A DNA stretch of 63,999 nucleotides, counting the filler, from Sphacelaria rigidula (Eukaryota), in assembly GCA_964200075.2 (NCBI GenBank). It is 5 parts of 5 records of this genome, joined end to end, with 100 filler letters (N's around TTAATTAATTAA, not from the genome) between each part and the next. Parts side by side here need not be neighbours in the genome. Positions count along the whole stretch, not along the records: positions 51,423 to 63,999 come from CAXNAA020003610.1; 4 more parts are not named here. The stretch is one strand, 5' to 3'. Under the pieces are notes generated by a model, which saw only the letters and a list, made by a program, of their open reading frames with translations, was not told the DNA's origin and ran no database searches. The position numbers were made by a program, and so were the translations under genes. Shown piece by piece: positions 63,976 through 63,999 of this stretch. Numbering within the stretch: position 1 is the first letter of the stretch; each line of letters starts with the position of its first letter.

Positions 63976-63999
63976 GTGCGGCATCTTTTTTTGAGCAAC

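Overview
Eukaryotic, intron-rich and repeat-rich DNA, most consistent with a brown alga (Ectocarpus-like Phaeophyceae; this is inferred from intron style and repeat content, not verified). The window is not one continuous locus. It is five unplaced contigs joined by artificial 100-bp linkers (44N-TTAATTAATTAA-44N), and the contig lengths fall in order: 12757, 12756, 12755, 12754 and a truncated fifth. Contig 1 holds the first coding exon of a bubblegum-type long-chain acyl-CoA synthetase (minus strand) plus MITE/SINE-like repeats. Contig 2 holds a decayed Ty1/Copia element with a ~790-bp fold-back downstream of pol, and two LINE fragments. Contig 3 holds an 8-exon hypothetical gene, a 455-bp fold-back MITE with a 4-bp TSD whose empty site is visible elsewhere in the window, and an internally deleted Copia. 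Contig 4 holds the 3' part of an LRRC49-like gene. Contig 5 holds a decayed Ty3/Gypsy element. The top candidate for novelty is that Gypsy element: its pol continues in frame from RNase H into a domain with the motif I/II pattern of a C5 cytosine DNA methyltransferase, and its Gag carries a CCCH rather than CCHC zinc finger.
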